Part shown: positions 1 through 10,132 of the stretch, piece after piece
Position numbering within the stretch: the stretch's first letter is position 1
Layout of the letters: every line of letters starts with the position of its first letter
Assembly (NCBI GenBank): GCA_963835065.1
Contig: CAWIEK010000050.1
Span: 181,382-245,381 of the forward strand
Direction: 5' to 3'
Length of the DNA: 64,000 nucleotides
Origin: an uncultured Chthonomonadaceae bacterium
GTDB lineage: Bacteria; Armatimonadota; Chthonomonadetes; Chthonomonadales; Chthonomonadaceae
Notes under the pieces: model-generated
Database searches by the model: none
Seen by the model: only the letters and a program-made list of their open reading frames with translations
Told to the model about the DNA's origin: nothing
Position numbers and translations under genes: made by a program

Positions 1-1520
1 TCGAAGTGGAGGCCGCCCGCGATGGTAACGTCCCAGGTATACGGGCTGGCGGAATCCAGGGCATGAGCGGTATCCGGCGTTTTGGTTTTGGCTTTAAGGG
101 CTTTTTGAATGGTAATCGCCACGCTGTCCGCCGTCATGCCGCCGATGCCCGGCAGCGTGACAAGATCGCCCTTGCCGGTCTGCCCGGCGTCCAGCATAAA
201 CGTTCGCGCGTCCGCAGTGGTCGTCACGCTGGCGGCGAGGGTGACATTATGATCGAAAACGGTGGCGGCTATGGAACCGGACACGCTCCAATCGGATTTG
301 CCGTCGTACTGAAAGCTGAGGTTCGTGCCCGTAAATAGCAGGCCGTCCACAACCGTGACGGTTTCCGTATCCTGCGCCGTGAGCAGCGCGTGTATCGCCC
401 CGGAAACCTGTGCCGCGCCGCTGCCCGTGCTTGCGTCCCTGGCTATATGTATGGTAGTCGTGTCAATGCCCTGATTAGCGACGCCGAACGGCAGCGTCCA
501 GCGCGTGGCGCATGTCGCGTCGAACGTGAAGACGCCGGTATCGGGAACGGCGGTCAGTTTCACGCCGGAAAGCGTGACATCGGGAACTTCGGGCGGGAGC
601 GTAACGCCCTTCGGCAGCAGGTCACGGACAACCGCATTGAGATTCAGGGGCGTTTGCGCCGCCAAATCCGCTTCCAGCATCCAGTTGGCGTCTCCCGCGG
701 CCTTGCTTGCGGATACCGTCAGGTCGCTGTCGAACAGCAGAAGCTGGCCCTGAAGACTGCCTTCTACGGTTCTGGTTGCGGCCTTGCCGGGCGTGTTGAT
801 GGTCAGATCGAGCGACACGCCGCTGACGGCGAATTTATCCGGGAACACCTGCCACACTTGATCTTTGCCCGACACCTGCGTTGCCAGATGAATGGAAGCG
901 ATGGAGGCGGCTTTGGTGTCCACGCTGAGGGAGATAGTGGCAAGCGACACGTCGCCCAGGCTTGCAAGCCCGGAAGGAAAGAACGAAAGGTCGGCGGAAG
1001 CAAGGCTTGCCAGTTCGGTCAGGCCAAGCGCGGGCAGGGTGTCGGCGGCAAGCGTCAGCGTCCAGAGGGCAGCCGTCGCCGTTACCTGAAATTCCACCGG
1101 CACGGCTTTTTGTTTCACCGTCAGTGTGGCATCCACCAGTCCCGTGACCGTGTTGACGTCCGCCAGGCTGACGCTCAGTTTGAAGCGCGTCACGGCAAGC
1201 CAGGACAAGTCGGGGATATGAAGGGGCGCGGCATCCTGATAGGTCACGGTCAGGTCGCACGACTTTACGGCCCCCGCTTCCTTGAAATCAATCTCCACAC
1301 CGGCCTGTGGAATGTTAAAAAGGGTGACATTGCCGGTAACGGCGAGACTGCCATCCGATGTGGTGGCAAGGTTCGCGTTTTGCACCACGATTTTATCGCC
1401 GCCGGGGATGTTGGAAAGCAGGGCGGGCAGAAGCCCGCCGCTTTGGGCAATGCCGGCCAGGGAAAGCAGGCCGTTTTGAATGTCTGTCTGAATCTCTTGC
1501 TGCAGCTGCGCGAGCGACAT
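1..1520 (-). CDS. Large beta-strand-rich hypothetical protein, N-terminal >=506 aa, runs off the window (DUF6603-like composition)
   Basis: Not in the ORF track. Manual translation from ATG at 1520 (MSLAQLQQEIQTDIQNGLLSL...WDVTIAGGLHF) is open to position 1, with a GGAG RBS upstream. Alternating hydrophobic/Thr-Ser beta pattern. Family assignment is tentative. Confidence 0.8.
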   Translation of the reverse strand, partial: MSLAQLQQEIQTDIQNGLLSLAGIAQSGGLLPALLSNIPGGDKIVVQNANLATTSDGSLAVTGNVTLFNIPQAGVEIDFKEAGAVKSCDLTVTYQDAAPLHIPDLSWLAVTRFKLSVSLADVNTVTGLVDATLTVKQKAVPVEFQVTATAALWTLTLAADTLPALGLTELASLASADLSFFPSGLASLGDVSLATISLSVDTKAASIASIHLATQVSGKDQVWQVFPDKFAVSGVSLDLTINTPGKAATRTVEGSLQGQLLLFDSDLTVSASKAAGDANWMLEADLAAQTPLNLNAVVRDLLPKGVTLPPEVPDVTLSGVKLTAVPDTGVFTFDATCATRWTLPFGVANQGIDTTTIHIARDASTGSGAAQVSGAIHALLTAQDTETVTVVDGLLFTGTNLSFQYDGKSDWSVSGSIAATVFDHNVTLAASVTTTADARTFMLDAGQTGKGDLVTLPGIGGMTADSVAITIQKALKAKTKTPDTAHALDSASPYTWDVTIAGGLHF

Positions 1521-1696
1521 AGCGGAACTCCATTCTTAGTGAGCGTACCGACCGTGTAAAGAGAACAGTGTGAAGAAAAACTGTTGGCAGAAACAATTTG
1601 CAAACAAGTTGCAGAGAACGACTGCCTGCATCGTGGCGAGGAGTGGCATGTATCGGAAGCGCGGCATCGGGACGGCTTCCCCTAACCTTGAAAGCC

Positions 1697-1725
1697 ATTA
1701 TAACAAAACAATTACCTGCTGTCAA
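1697..1725 (-). promoter_or_regulatory. Consensus sigma70 promoter TTGACA-N17-TATAAT
   Basis: Minus strand reads ttgaca gcaggtaattgttttgt tataat, about 175 nt upstream of the ATG at 1520. Confidence 0.85.
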
Positions 1726-1877
1726 CAAATTTTTTAAGAATTTTCTATCCATACGCCCGTTTGTTTTTTAGGCTGTTTGACAGCACTCTGCTTGTGCCTT
1801 CTGTTTCTCCTGCGTAACAGACAAAGCAAGTTTTCATCAAGTAAAAAGATATTTATCCTTCCCAGTGACGCAGAAGC

Positions 1878-1901
1878 GGGCGTGATGAATCACGCCCCTA
1901 C
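1878..1901. repeat. GTAG-type REP-like palindrome
   Basis: gggcgtgatgaatcacgccc-ctac; near-identical copy at 27537-27560. Confidence 0.7.
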
Positions 1902-2007
1902 ACACCATGTTTGAACGGTATTGCTCTTAAACTTTTCTTAACATCGGGCTGGTATGATACCGTCGGCATTACACGGCTTCTCTGCCTATTCAAGAAAGGA
2001 ATTTTTT

Positions 2008-3572
2008 ATGTCTACCGAGACTTCACTTCCCAAACTTTCGCGCCGCCAACTGCTGCAAGCGGCAGGCGGCGTCACCTTTCTCGCGCTTGTGCCCACGCGC
2101 AACGGCTACGCCGCCCGTTTCGACCGCGACGGTCAATCGGCAACCGAAAATCAAAAATCGAAAATCCCTATGCCTCTGTTCACCGCCCTGCCGTATATTC
2201 AGCCCGGCACGAGCAGCAGTAAGTTGGTGGAGGGGCAGGAATCGCTTGTCATTGCGTGGCAGACCAACCATGTTCCCGCCACATTTACGCTTGATTACGG
2301 CGCGTCCGGCCTGAACCGGCAAGCCACGATTACAAAGGCCGAACGTATGAGCGGCGACCATGAGGACGAAAGCCATCATCAGAATTATGTCGCCACGCTG
2401 ACCGGCCTGTCGCTGAACAAACGCTATCAGTACCGCGTCCGCATGAACGGCGAAACTATAATGGAAGGTTATTTTACGACCCGCAAGCCGCGCGGCGTGA
2501 AAAGCCGGTTTGTCGCGTTCGGCGATAATTCTTATGGCGACATCAGCGACCGCGCGATTGCATACCAGGCGTACCGCGCCCGCCCCGACTTTGTGATGAA
2601 TACGGGCGACAATGTGTACGAAGACGGCCTGGACAACGAGTATGCCCGCTACTTCTTCCCCGTGTACAACGCCGAGCAGACGGGACAGCGCACGGGCGCT
2701 CCGCTCCTGCGCTCCATTCCGTACTATTCCGTGATTGCCAACCACGATGTTCACGCCAAAGGGCCGCAGGGGCAGCCGGTCGCCAACTTCACCCTCCACA
2801 ACGACGCGCTGGCCTATTTCACCAACTTCCACTTTCCCCTGAACGGCCCCAATCCCGCCCGGAAAACACCGGCGTATGGCGATGCCGAGGCCATTGAGCA
2901 TTTCGCCAAATGCGCGGGCGGACGGTTCCCCAACATGGTGAACTACTCCTACGATTATGCCGACGCGCATTTTCTGTGCCTGGACAGCAACATTTATGTA
3001 GACCCGACGGATACGGGCTTGCAGGAGTGGATTGCAGTCCGACCTTGCCGGCACGGACGCGGCGTGGAAGTTCGTCGTGTACCACCATCCGGCCTTCAAC
3101 GCGGGCTACGACCATTACGCCGAGCAGCACATGCGCGTCCTGTCGCCCCTGTTCGAGAAGCACGGCGTAGACATTTTGCTGCACGGGCACGAGCATACCT
3201 ACCAGCGGACGCGCCCGTTCCGCTTCGCGCCCGGTGATATGTCTGCCGCCAAAGCCGTAAACAGCAAGAACCGGTTGGTTCCCGGCAAGTTCACCATTGA
3301 CACGCGCTTTGACGGCAAAACCGTGACCAAGCCGGACGGCATTTTGTACATCACGACAGGCGCGGGCGGCAAGCACCTGTACGACCCGCAAAACAACAAC
3401 AACCCTAAAAGCTGGCTGCATCCCGAAGACAACAACGCGGATTACGTTGTTCCGCTTCGTGTCCGACCGCCATTCCCTGACCGTCTTCGACATGGACGCC
3501 CACTCCCTGCGCCTGACGCAAATTGACGAATGGGGCGCGGAAATTGACCACATTCATATCACCAAAGCGTAA
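2008..3572 (+). CDS. Tat-exported purple acid phosphatase-like metallophosphoesterase (two apparent frameshifts, ~3037 and ~3450)
   Basis: SRRQLL Tat motif; FGD, TGDNVY, NHD and GHEH metallophosphoesterase motifs spread over ORFs 1954-3237 and 3032-3526 plus a third frame ending EIDHIHITKA* at 3572. Confidence 0.85.
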
Positions 3573-3589
3573 TTGCCAAAGCCTGAGTT

Positions 3590-3707
3590 CCGGGGCTTTG
3601 CAATCCCGGCAGGAAAGTGCAAGTGTCCTGCGGACGCGGGAATTTTCCTACAGAGTTGCGTCCGCAGGACGCTCGTTTTGTCCTGCCGGGGATTTTCAAT
3701 CCCCGGC
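3590..3707. repeat. Palindromic MITE/REP-like element
   Basis: Arms ccggcagga...gtcctgcggacgc / gcgtccgcaggac...tcctgccgg with terminal ccgggg-att..aat-ccccgg hairpins; related arms at 56839-57160. Confidence 0.65.
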
Positions 3708-3857
3708 TGACAGCGACATGAACGCTTTGAATTCTGAAACGCCCCCAAATTCCGGCCAAAGCAGGAAAACAGCAACCTTTTCGACAAACATAACGCGCAA
3801 CGCCCAAGACCGAATACCGAACGCCGAACCCCCAATACCACACGGAAAGGAAATAAT

Positions 3858-5162
3858 GTGAAACGAAAAACCGCTCTATCCCTGCTGACGCTTCTGCTTG
3901 CCTGCGCGCCGCTTGCCGTTCGCGCCCAGGAACCGCCCATCACGCCGCAGGGGATACAAGACGCGATGAGCGCCAATCCCGATGCCGCCGCGTCCGCGAA
4001 GTTGGCCGCGCAGATTCGCGCGCTTGCCGGCAGGCAGGACTTGAAGCAGGGAACGCGCCCCCTTGTGCAGTTCAAGGGCGAGGACGCCATTGTCGCCTTC
4101 GCCATTGAAGCCCCTGCGGGAACGCCGACCGTGACTTTTACCCGCGACAGTTCCACGTTCAACACGCAGCTCAGTCCGACACTGGTAAAACTCGGAGATA
4201 CCGGCCTGTATGTCACCACGTTTACCCTTGCGCGCGTGGGAACCATGCCGTTCCCGACCGGCGCGGGCATGAACTTCCACTATTTTCTGGACGGCAAGCC
4301 CGTTGAGCGCAAGCGCCCGGACGGCAGGCCGGAGGACGACCACTTTGAAGCCTATCCGCACAATCCCGATAACGACGTGGATGCCAGCGCGCCCAAAGGC
4401 AAATTGACGCAGATGCCGCGCTGGAAAAGTACGATTTTTGCCAACACAGAGCGTGATTGGTGGGTGTACGTGCCTGCGCAGTACACGCCCGACAAGCCCG
4501 CCTGCGTGATGATCTTTCAGGACGGGGGCGGCTACAAAGACAATGTCAGCCGCGTGTTCGACCGCCTGATTGCCAAAGGGGATATGCCCGTCACGGTGGG
4601 CATTTTCCTCAATCCGGGCGATCTGCCGCGCGGCACGAGCGCGCCGGGCAATCGGGGCGAGCGCAGCTACGAGTACGATACACGCAGCGACCTGTACCCC
4701 CGCTTCCTGCTGGAAGAGATTCTGCCTGAAGTGGAAAAAACAACCAAACTTCGCCATGACGCCGCCGGTCGCGCCGTTGCCGGCCTGAGCAGCGGGGCGT
4801 CTGCCGCGTTCACCTGCGCGTGGTATCGGCCCGACCAGTTCAGCAAGGTGCTGTCGTGGATCGGCAGCTACACCGATCTGTCTCCGGGCGATACCGGCTA
4901 TGAAGGCGCGCACAACTACCCGTTCTTAATCCGCCGCCTCAAAGACGACGATCCCCGTACCAAAATCCGCGTCTTTTTGCAGGACGGCGGCAACGATCTG
5001 GACAACCCCTATGGCGACTGGCCGCTTGCCAACCAGGAAATGGACCGCGCCCTGAATTTCAAGCATATAGACCACAAGTTCGTCTTCGGCGGCGGCAACC
5101 ACAGCGGCACGCACGGTTACGCCATACTGCCGGAGTCGCTGCGCTGGCTGTGGCGGCAGTAG
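3858..5162 (+). CDS. Secreted esterase, enterochelin-esterase-like alpha/beta hydrolase
   Basis: Signal peptide; RDWWVYVP, GLSSG nucleophile elbow, C-terminal His (GGNHSG). Confidence 0.85.
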   Translation: MKRKTALSLLTLLLACAPLAVRAQEPPITPQGIQDAMSANPDAAASAKLAAQIRALAGRQDLKQGTRPLVQFKGEDAIVAFAIEAPAGTPTVTFTRDSSTFNTQLSPTLVKLGDTGLYVTTFTLARVGTMPFPTGAGMNFHYFLDGKPVERKRPDGRPEDDHFEAYPHNPDNDVDASAPKGKLTQMPRWKSTIFANTERDWWVYVPAQYTPDKPACVMIFQDGGGYKDNVSRVFDRLIAKGDMPVTVGIFLNPGDLPRGTSAPGNRGERSYEYDTRSDLYPRFLLEEILPEVEKTTKLRHDAAGRAVAGLSSGASAAFTCAWYRPDQFSKVLSWIGSYTDLSPGDTGYEGAHNYPFLIRRLKDDDPRTKIRVFLQDGGNDLDNPYGDWPLANQEMDRALNFKHIDHKFVFGGGNHSGTHGYAILPESLRWLWRQ

Positions 5163-5169
5163 GTTGAGA

Positions 5170-5243
5170 AAGTGATGAGTGATGAATGATGAATGATGAA
5201 TCAGCATTTTGTTCATCATTCATCATTCATCACTCATCACTTC
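5170..5243. repeat. Inverted heptamer tandem repeat (TGATGAA)4 / (TTCATCA)4
   Basis: Read directly; lies just after the esterase stop codon. Confidence 0.9.
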
Positions 5244-5549
5244 CCTAAAACCCCGGTATTTCTTCCGTGTTACACTCCCGGCTCCCTGTGGAAAAATGCT
5301 AGTGTGTGGCTGTGCAGGCGCGCTGCCATGATCGTAGCAACATTGGCGTGGTATTGTTCTTCTCTGTTCTTCTGTTGCCGCAATGCTGTTGTTTGATTTT
5401 GTTGCCTGCACGGTGGGCTGTTTTATTACGACAGCCCCGTTTGTTTGCGCGCTAAAAAATCAATTCGCTGAATCTACCGGCGACGTCAGCGCAAACAATG
5501 TCGCGGCGGGAGGCCGCGCGTAACGCGCATCACGGAGGAGCCAAATACC

Positions 5550-7052
5550 ATGAGTTTTCAGATCAACACCAACGTCACGGCGCTCAACGCGCTCAACAAC
5601 CTCAACAAAGTTTCCAACAGCGTCGCCGGCAGCATTGAAAAGCTGTCTTCCGGCTTGCGCATCAACCGCGCCGCCGATGATCCGTCGGGCTTGATCATCT
5701 CCGAATCCCTGCGCGCCCAGATTGACGGCTTGAACCAGGCCGTCAGCAACAGCCAGGACGCCACCAACCTGATCAAAACTTCGGAAGGCGCATTGACCGA
5801 AGTGAACAGCCTGCTGCGCAACGTGCGCCAGCTTGCCGTACATGCCGCCAACACCGGCGTCAACGACCAGGTGGCGGTGCAGGCCGACCAGACGCAGATC
5901 ACATCGGCCATTGCCAGCATCGAGCGCATCGCCGAGCAGACCCAGTTCGGAACCAAGCACCTGCTCGATGGCTCGTCCGGTATTGCGGCAAACGTCGTGG
6001 ACACCAAGAACGTTGCGGGCATCAGCATCGGCGGCGTATTTAACAACCTGACCACGCAGAGCGGCACGGTCAATGTCGTTGTCAACTCTGTTGCGACCCG
6101 CGCTCAGGTATCCGGCCTGGCAACTTATGCCAGCGTCACGGCCAGCATCAGCACGGTGGCCGGCCTCAAAACCGGCAGTGGCGGCACAGTTGTTCTCAAC
6201 GGGCAGTCCATCGCCGTCAGCGGTTCGGACACGGTGCAGACCTTGATCAACAAGATCAACAACTTGGCCGGCACAACGGGCGTATCGGCGGACTTCACCA
6301 CTGCCAACGGTTCGGGTTCCATCGTGCTGACGCAGCAGAACTACGGCTCCAACTTCCAGATCAACGAAAGCGAGTCCTCTCCCCTGCTGACGGGAACCGG
6401 AGCGCCCACGCTGGTCAAGGGAAATAACGCTACCGTCACCGTCATCACGTCCGCTCTGGTCAACGGCGCGGTCACAAGCGTCGTTGCTACCTTTACCGGA
6501 GGCCGTTCCGCAAGCGACAGCGGACTGCGCGTAACCGATACGACGGGCAACAGCATTCTGCTGACGGAAGGCGCGTTGAGCAACTACAACGCCACCACGC
6601 CGGTTCAGTTGACGGTTGGCACGGTGACAGCGGGCAATCTCCAGTTCCAGATCGGCAGCAACGCCGGCCAGACGGTTACGGCCAGTCTGGGCAACGTTCG
6701 CACCACCAACCTGGGCAACACCAGTGTCGCCGGCTCGAACCTGTCCCTGGTTGACGTGACGACGACAAGCGGAGCCACCAACGCGATTACCATTACGGAT
6801 GAAGCCATCGGGCAGGTGACGCAACTGCGCGCCAACCTGGGCGCCTTCCAGAAGAACACGCTGGACTCGACCATCAACTATCTGAATGTCGGCGTGGAGA
6901 ACCTGTCCGCGTCGGAAAGCCAGATACGCGACACCAATGTGGCCTCGGAAGTCGTAAAACTGACCAAGAACCAGATCATTCAGCAGGCCGCGCAGTCGGT
7001 TTTGTCGCAAGCCAACTCCGCGCCCCAAGCCGTGCTGTCGCTTCTGAGGTAG
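5550..7052 (+). CDS. fliC: Flagellin
   Basis: N-terminal INTN...KLSSGLRINRAADDPSGL and C-terminal ENLSASESQIRDTNVASE...QANSAPQAVLSLLR flagellin signatures. Confidence 0.97.
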   Translation: MSFQINTNVTALNALNNLNKVSNSVAGSIEKLSSGLRINRAADDPSGLIISESLRAQIDGLNQAVSNSQDATNLIKTSEGALTEVNSLLRNVRQLAVHAANTGVNDQVAVQADQTQITSAIASIERIAEQTQFGTKHLLDGSSGIAANVVDTKNVAGISIGGVFNNLTTQSGTVNVVVNSVATRAQVSGLATYASVTASISTVAGLKTGSGGTVVLNGQSIAVSGSDTVQTLINKINNLAGTTGVSADFTTANGSGSIVLTQQNYGSNFQINESESSPLLTGTGAPTLVKGNNATVTVITSALVNGAVTSVVATFTGGRSASDSGLRVTDTTGNSILLTEGALSNYNATTPVQLTVGTVTAGNLQFQIGSNAGQTVTASLGNVRTTNLGNTSVAGSNLSLVDVTTTSGATNAITITDEAIGQVTQLRANLGAFQKNTLDSTINYLNVGVENLSASESQIRDTNVASEVVKLTKNQIIQQAAQSVLSQANSAPQAVLSLLR

Positions 7053-7193
7053 ACGGTAGAGGGTAGACGGTAGACAGTAGAGGTTCAGCCTGCTTGATGC
7101 GCTCACTTTGCATCAAGCAGGCTGTAACTTTCAGGCTGCCATCTACTCACTCTACTCACTCTACCGTCTACCGTCTACCCTCTACCGTCTACC
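7049..7193. repeat. Inverted heptamer repeat (GTAGACG)n / (TCTACCG)n enclosing a terminator hairpin
   Basis: Five units on each side; the first unit supplies the flagellin TAG. Confidence 0.9.
7086..7131 (+). terminator. Intrinsic terminator after fliC
   Basis: 15-bp stem cagcctgcttgatgc/gcatcaagcaggctg followed by taactttt. Confidence 0.7.
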
Positions 7194-7369
7194 TTCCTCC
7201 CCCCTTCCTTTTCCTGTCCCTAACCGGGTAGAATCAATTCCGGGCAGACACTTCTTCGTTACTTCTTTCTGTGTTTCTTGTCCATTCAGTTAGCACAGGC
7301 CGTTTACGGCTGTTTCTCCGTCGTTTTCCAAAAAGAATACCTGTCTATCCAGTGAAGGGAGACTGAACT

Positions 7370-8206
7370 TTGATTGATTATGAGCAAATGCTGCGAGACC
7401 CCGTATCGCGGCGGGCGTTTCTGGCGCGCATGAGCGCGGCGGGATTGGGCGCGTTATCCCTGCCCCTGCTGACAGGCTGCAACGGCAACACCAGCAGCAA
7501 CAATACCAATAGCGCGGTGGGCAATTCTCTCGGATTTCCGGGTATTCCCGGACGCAACGCCAATGAGGTTGTGCTGAACTACGCGCTGACGCTGGAAATC
7601 ACCGAAGCCGACCTGTATCGCCAGGCGCTCAACCGCGCGGCAGGGCTGGCGTTGGGTACGCAGTTGGATACCAATCTGCCCCGGCCCGGCACGACCGGCA
7701 GTTACAAGATGGTACTGACCGCCGGTGGCCTGGACAGCAATACGGCGGCAGCAGGCTTTTTATACCTGGTGCAGTTCGCGTATGTGGAGGCCACGCACCG
7801 CGATTTGCTGTTTGCGATGCTGACCGGCTTAAAAGCGCCCCTGACGCAGGCCAGTGTCAAAGGCTATACCTTCCCCAATTCGGAACCGGGCGTAGACCTG
7901 AAAACTATCCTGACCAATCTGTATTCCATTGAAGAAACGGGCGTACGCGCCTATCTCGGAGCCGTGCCGACTTTAACGGACAATACCGTCGCCCAGACCG
8001 CAACCGCCATCTACTCGACGGAAGCCCGGCACTCCGCTGCCCTGGCCTATCTCCTGGGCAAAGACCCCGGTCCGGCGACGGGCGTGGCTTCCACTTCCGA
8101 CATCAGCGTCACCGGCCAGGCGTACCCGCACGTCAACACCTTTGAGTATGCCTCCACTCCCACCGAAGTGCTGACGGCGGTTTCCACGGCTTATTATGTC
8201 AAGTGA
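7370..8206 (+). CDS. Tat-exported lipoprotein with ferritin-like (Ferritin_2) domain
   Basis: SRRAFL Tat motif, LTGC lipobox; LNYALTLE, EATH, EETGVRAY and EARH di-iron-type motifs. Confidence 0.85.
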   Translation: MIDYEQMLRDPVSRRAFLARMSAAGLGALSLPLLTGCNGNTSSNNTNSAVGNSLGFPGIPGRNANEVVLNYALTLEITEADLYRQALNRAAGLALGTQLDTNLPRPGTTGSYKMVLTAGGLDSNTAAAGFLYLVQFAYVEATHRDLLFAMLTGLKAPLTQASVKGYTFPNSEPGVDLKTILTNLYSIEETGVRAYLGAVPTLTDNTVAQTATAIYSTEARHSAALAYLLGKDPGPATGVASTSDISVTGQAYPHVNTFEYASTPTEVLTAVSTAYYVK

Positions 8207-8297
8207 GACGCGGAAGTTGACGGATGCTTGCAGGTGAACAGTTTTGGATCATGCCGATATTTCCGGCTTGAAAACTTTTGGAAGGATGAGATTCACG

Positions 8298-9059
8298 ATG
8301 AGCGATACACACAATGCCGCGCCGACGCCGAACGCCACGCCTGCGCGCCCTGTCGCCGCGCTTGCGGGCATGGCGGCGGTAGCGGTCGGCACAATGCTGG
8401 CGGCAAACAGGGCCAATGCCCTGACTCTGACCTTTAACGACAACATTCCCGGAACCGGCGACATCAAGGTGCTGAACTACGCGCTGGCGCTGGAAGATTT
8501 CGAATCGGCTTTGTATCAGGCGGCGATTGCCAAACTGCCCTCATTGGGGGCAAGCGCGGGCAATGCCATTTTTGATTACGCGACCAAGTTCGCCGTTGTG
8601 GAAGCCGACCACGCGGCGTTTTTGCGGGGCGCGATTACGGCGGCGGGCGGCACGCCCATCAGCAAGTTCACCTATAATTTCAGCAGCATCACCGGGGCTG
8701 CGGATGCCCGCGCCGTTCTGGAACTGCTGCTGCAAGTGGAAGCAACGGGCGTACGCGCCTACATCGGGGCCGTGCCTTTGTTTTCCTCCAAAAGCGCGTA
8801 CCTGCAAACGGCAGCCGCCATTCAGGGAACCGAAGCCCGCCATACCAGCATCCTGACGATTGTGCGTAATACCCTGTACGCGACCACAACCAACGTTTCC
8901 TCCCTGACGCAGGACGGCAGCGCGATTGTCAATCTGAACTACGACACCATCGGCTACAGCGCGGCCAATCCCAACGAAGGCTACAAGGGCATTGACGTAG
9001 CCCTGTCTCCCAACGCCGTTCTAACCGCCATCGGCCCATTCTTCGTCGCGCCCGCATAA
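8298..9059 (+). CDS. Exported ferritin-like (Ferritin_2) domain protein
   Basis: LNYALALE, EADH, EATGVRAY and EARH motifs; ANA signal cleavage site; paralog of the upstream gene. Confidence 0.85.
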   Translation: MSDTHNAAPTPNATPARPVAALAGMAAVAVGTMLAANRANALTLTFNDNIPGTGDIKVLNYALALEDFESALYQAAIAKLPSLGASAGNAIFDYATKFAVVEADHAAFLRGAITAAGGTPISKFTYNFSSITGAADARAVLELLLQVEATGVRAYIGAVPLFSSKSAYLQTAAAIQGTEARHTSILTIVRNTLYATTTNVSSLTQDGSAIVNLNYDTIGYSAANPNEGYKGIDVALSPNAVLTAIGPFFVAPA

Positions 9060-9091
9060 GGAAGAAAACGACGAAACAAGGAGAGAAAGCC

Positions 9092-9970
9092 ATGCCGGAA
9101 GGAGAGGAAGAGCGCGAACAGGTGCAGTGGGAGCGGATGCTGCCGCGCGAATTTCGGGCGGCAATGGCGAAACTGCCGGTCGTGTTTTTGCCGTTGGGTA
9201 CGGTGGAGTGGCATGGGGAACACAACGCGCTCGGACTGGATTCACTGAAAGCCCATGCGCTGTGCGTTCTTGCCGCGCGGCAGACGGGCGGCATCGTGCA
9301 TCCGCCTTTGTATGGCGGCATGGGTGGGCTGGATATGCCCGCGACCGTTGTTGTTGAGGAAGAACTGGCGTGGGAAAACTATCTGCTGCGCCCCTGGCTG
9401 GAAAAACTCTGCTCTGAGTTTCAACGCATCGGCTTCAAAGCCATCCTCATGCTGACTGGACACTATGGGCATAATCAGCAAATTGTTGTCCGCGAAACCG
9501 CCGCGCGCATGACGCAGCGGCTGCAAATCCCGGTTTTGGGAACGCCGGAATACTGGCTTGCGCACGATGTGGGGTATCTGGGCGATCACGCGGGTATCGG
9601 GGAAACGTCCCTGCTGTGGCATCTGCATCCCGAACTGGTCGCTATGGAGCGCATCCGCGAAGACCCGGAGTACGGCGCAACAGACAGAATCGAAAAAGGC
9701 TCCTCGCCGGAATTAGGGCAAAAGTACGCGGAGGTTATTGTCGGGCGGCTGTCGCAATTGGCGGCGGCAATGGTAAATTGGGACAGCGCGACGCGGACAG
9801 CGTTTGCCCATGCGGAACGGGCCTTGACGGACGCGCAGGTACGTGGCTGGCGCGAAAACCATGCGTGGGCCGCGTGGAGCGCGATACGGGACAAAGGCCT
9901 GACGCAGTACGGAGCCATGCTGACAACACAGGATTTTGCGGGGATTGAAGCGATGGCGGCGCAGTTGTAA
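9092..9970 (+). CDS. Creatininase/creatinine amidohydrolase family protein
   Basis: GTVEWHGEHNALGLD, GHYG and DHAGIGETS motifs. Confidence 0.88.
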   Translation: MPEGEEEREQVQWERMLPREFRAAMAKLPVVFLPLGTVEWHGEHNALGLDSLKAHALCVLAARQTGGIVHPPLYGGMGGLDMPATVVVEEELAWENYLLRPWLEKLCSEFQRIGFKAILMLTGHYGHNQQIVVRETAARMTQRLQIPVLGTPEYWLAHDVGYLGDHAGIGETSLLWHLHPELVAMERIREDPEYGATDRIEKGSSPELGQKYAEVIVGRLSQLAAAMVNWDSATRTAFAHAERALTDAQVRGWRENHAWAAWSAIRDKGLTQYGAMLTTQDFAGIEAMAAQL

Positions 9971-9975
9971 ATAAG

Positions 9976-10017
9976 AGGCTTTCGTTTTGTCGAACTCGGC
10001 AAAATGGAAGCCTTTTT
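9976..10017 (+). terminator. Intrinsic terminator
   Basis: Stem aggctttcgttttgtcg/cggcaaaatggaagcct (with G-U pairs) followed by tttt. Confidence 0.65.
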
Positions 10018-10132
10018 GTGCGCGTGAACCGTAGGCAATGTTGGCAGCGTAATAGAAATCAGAGATTGATGTGGAAATCATGTAGGATTGTGGAACAATA
10101 GAACGAATTCTCTTGCGGAAAGTGATGCGAAT

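Noticed and set aside
5344..5357. sigma54 promoter upstream of fliC (TGGCGTGGTATTGT)
   Set aside because: The -12 element reads GT rather than GC; the match is too weak without other support.
5460..5530. c-di-GMP riboswitch before flagellin
   Set aside because: The GEMM tetraloop/receptor and conserved GGCAAA...GCAAA spacing are not present.
5460..7106. Long antisense ORFs (e.g. 5460-7106, 20685-22289, 33507-35222, 40534-42270, 390-1559)
   Set aside because: In-register shadows of real genes caused by high-GC codon bias; no protein-like motifs.
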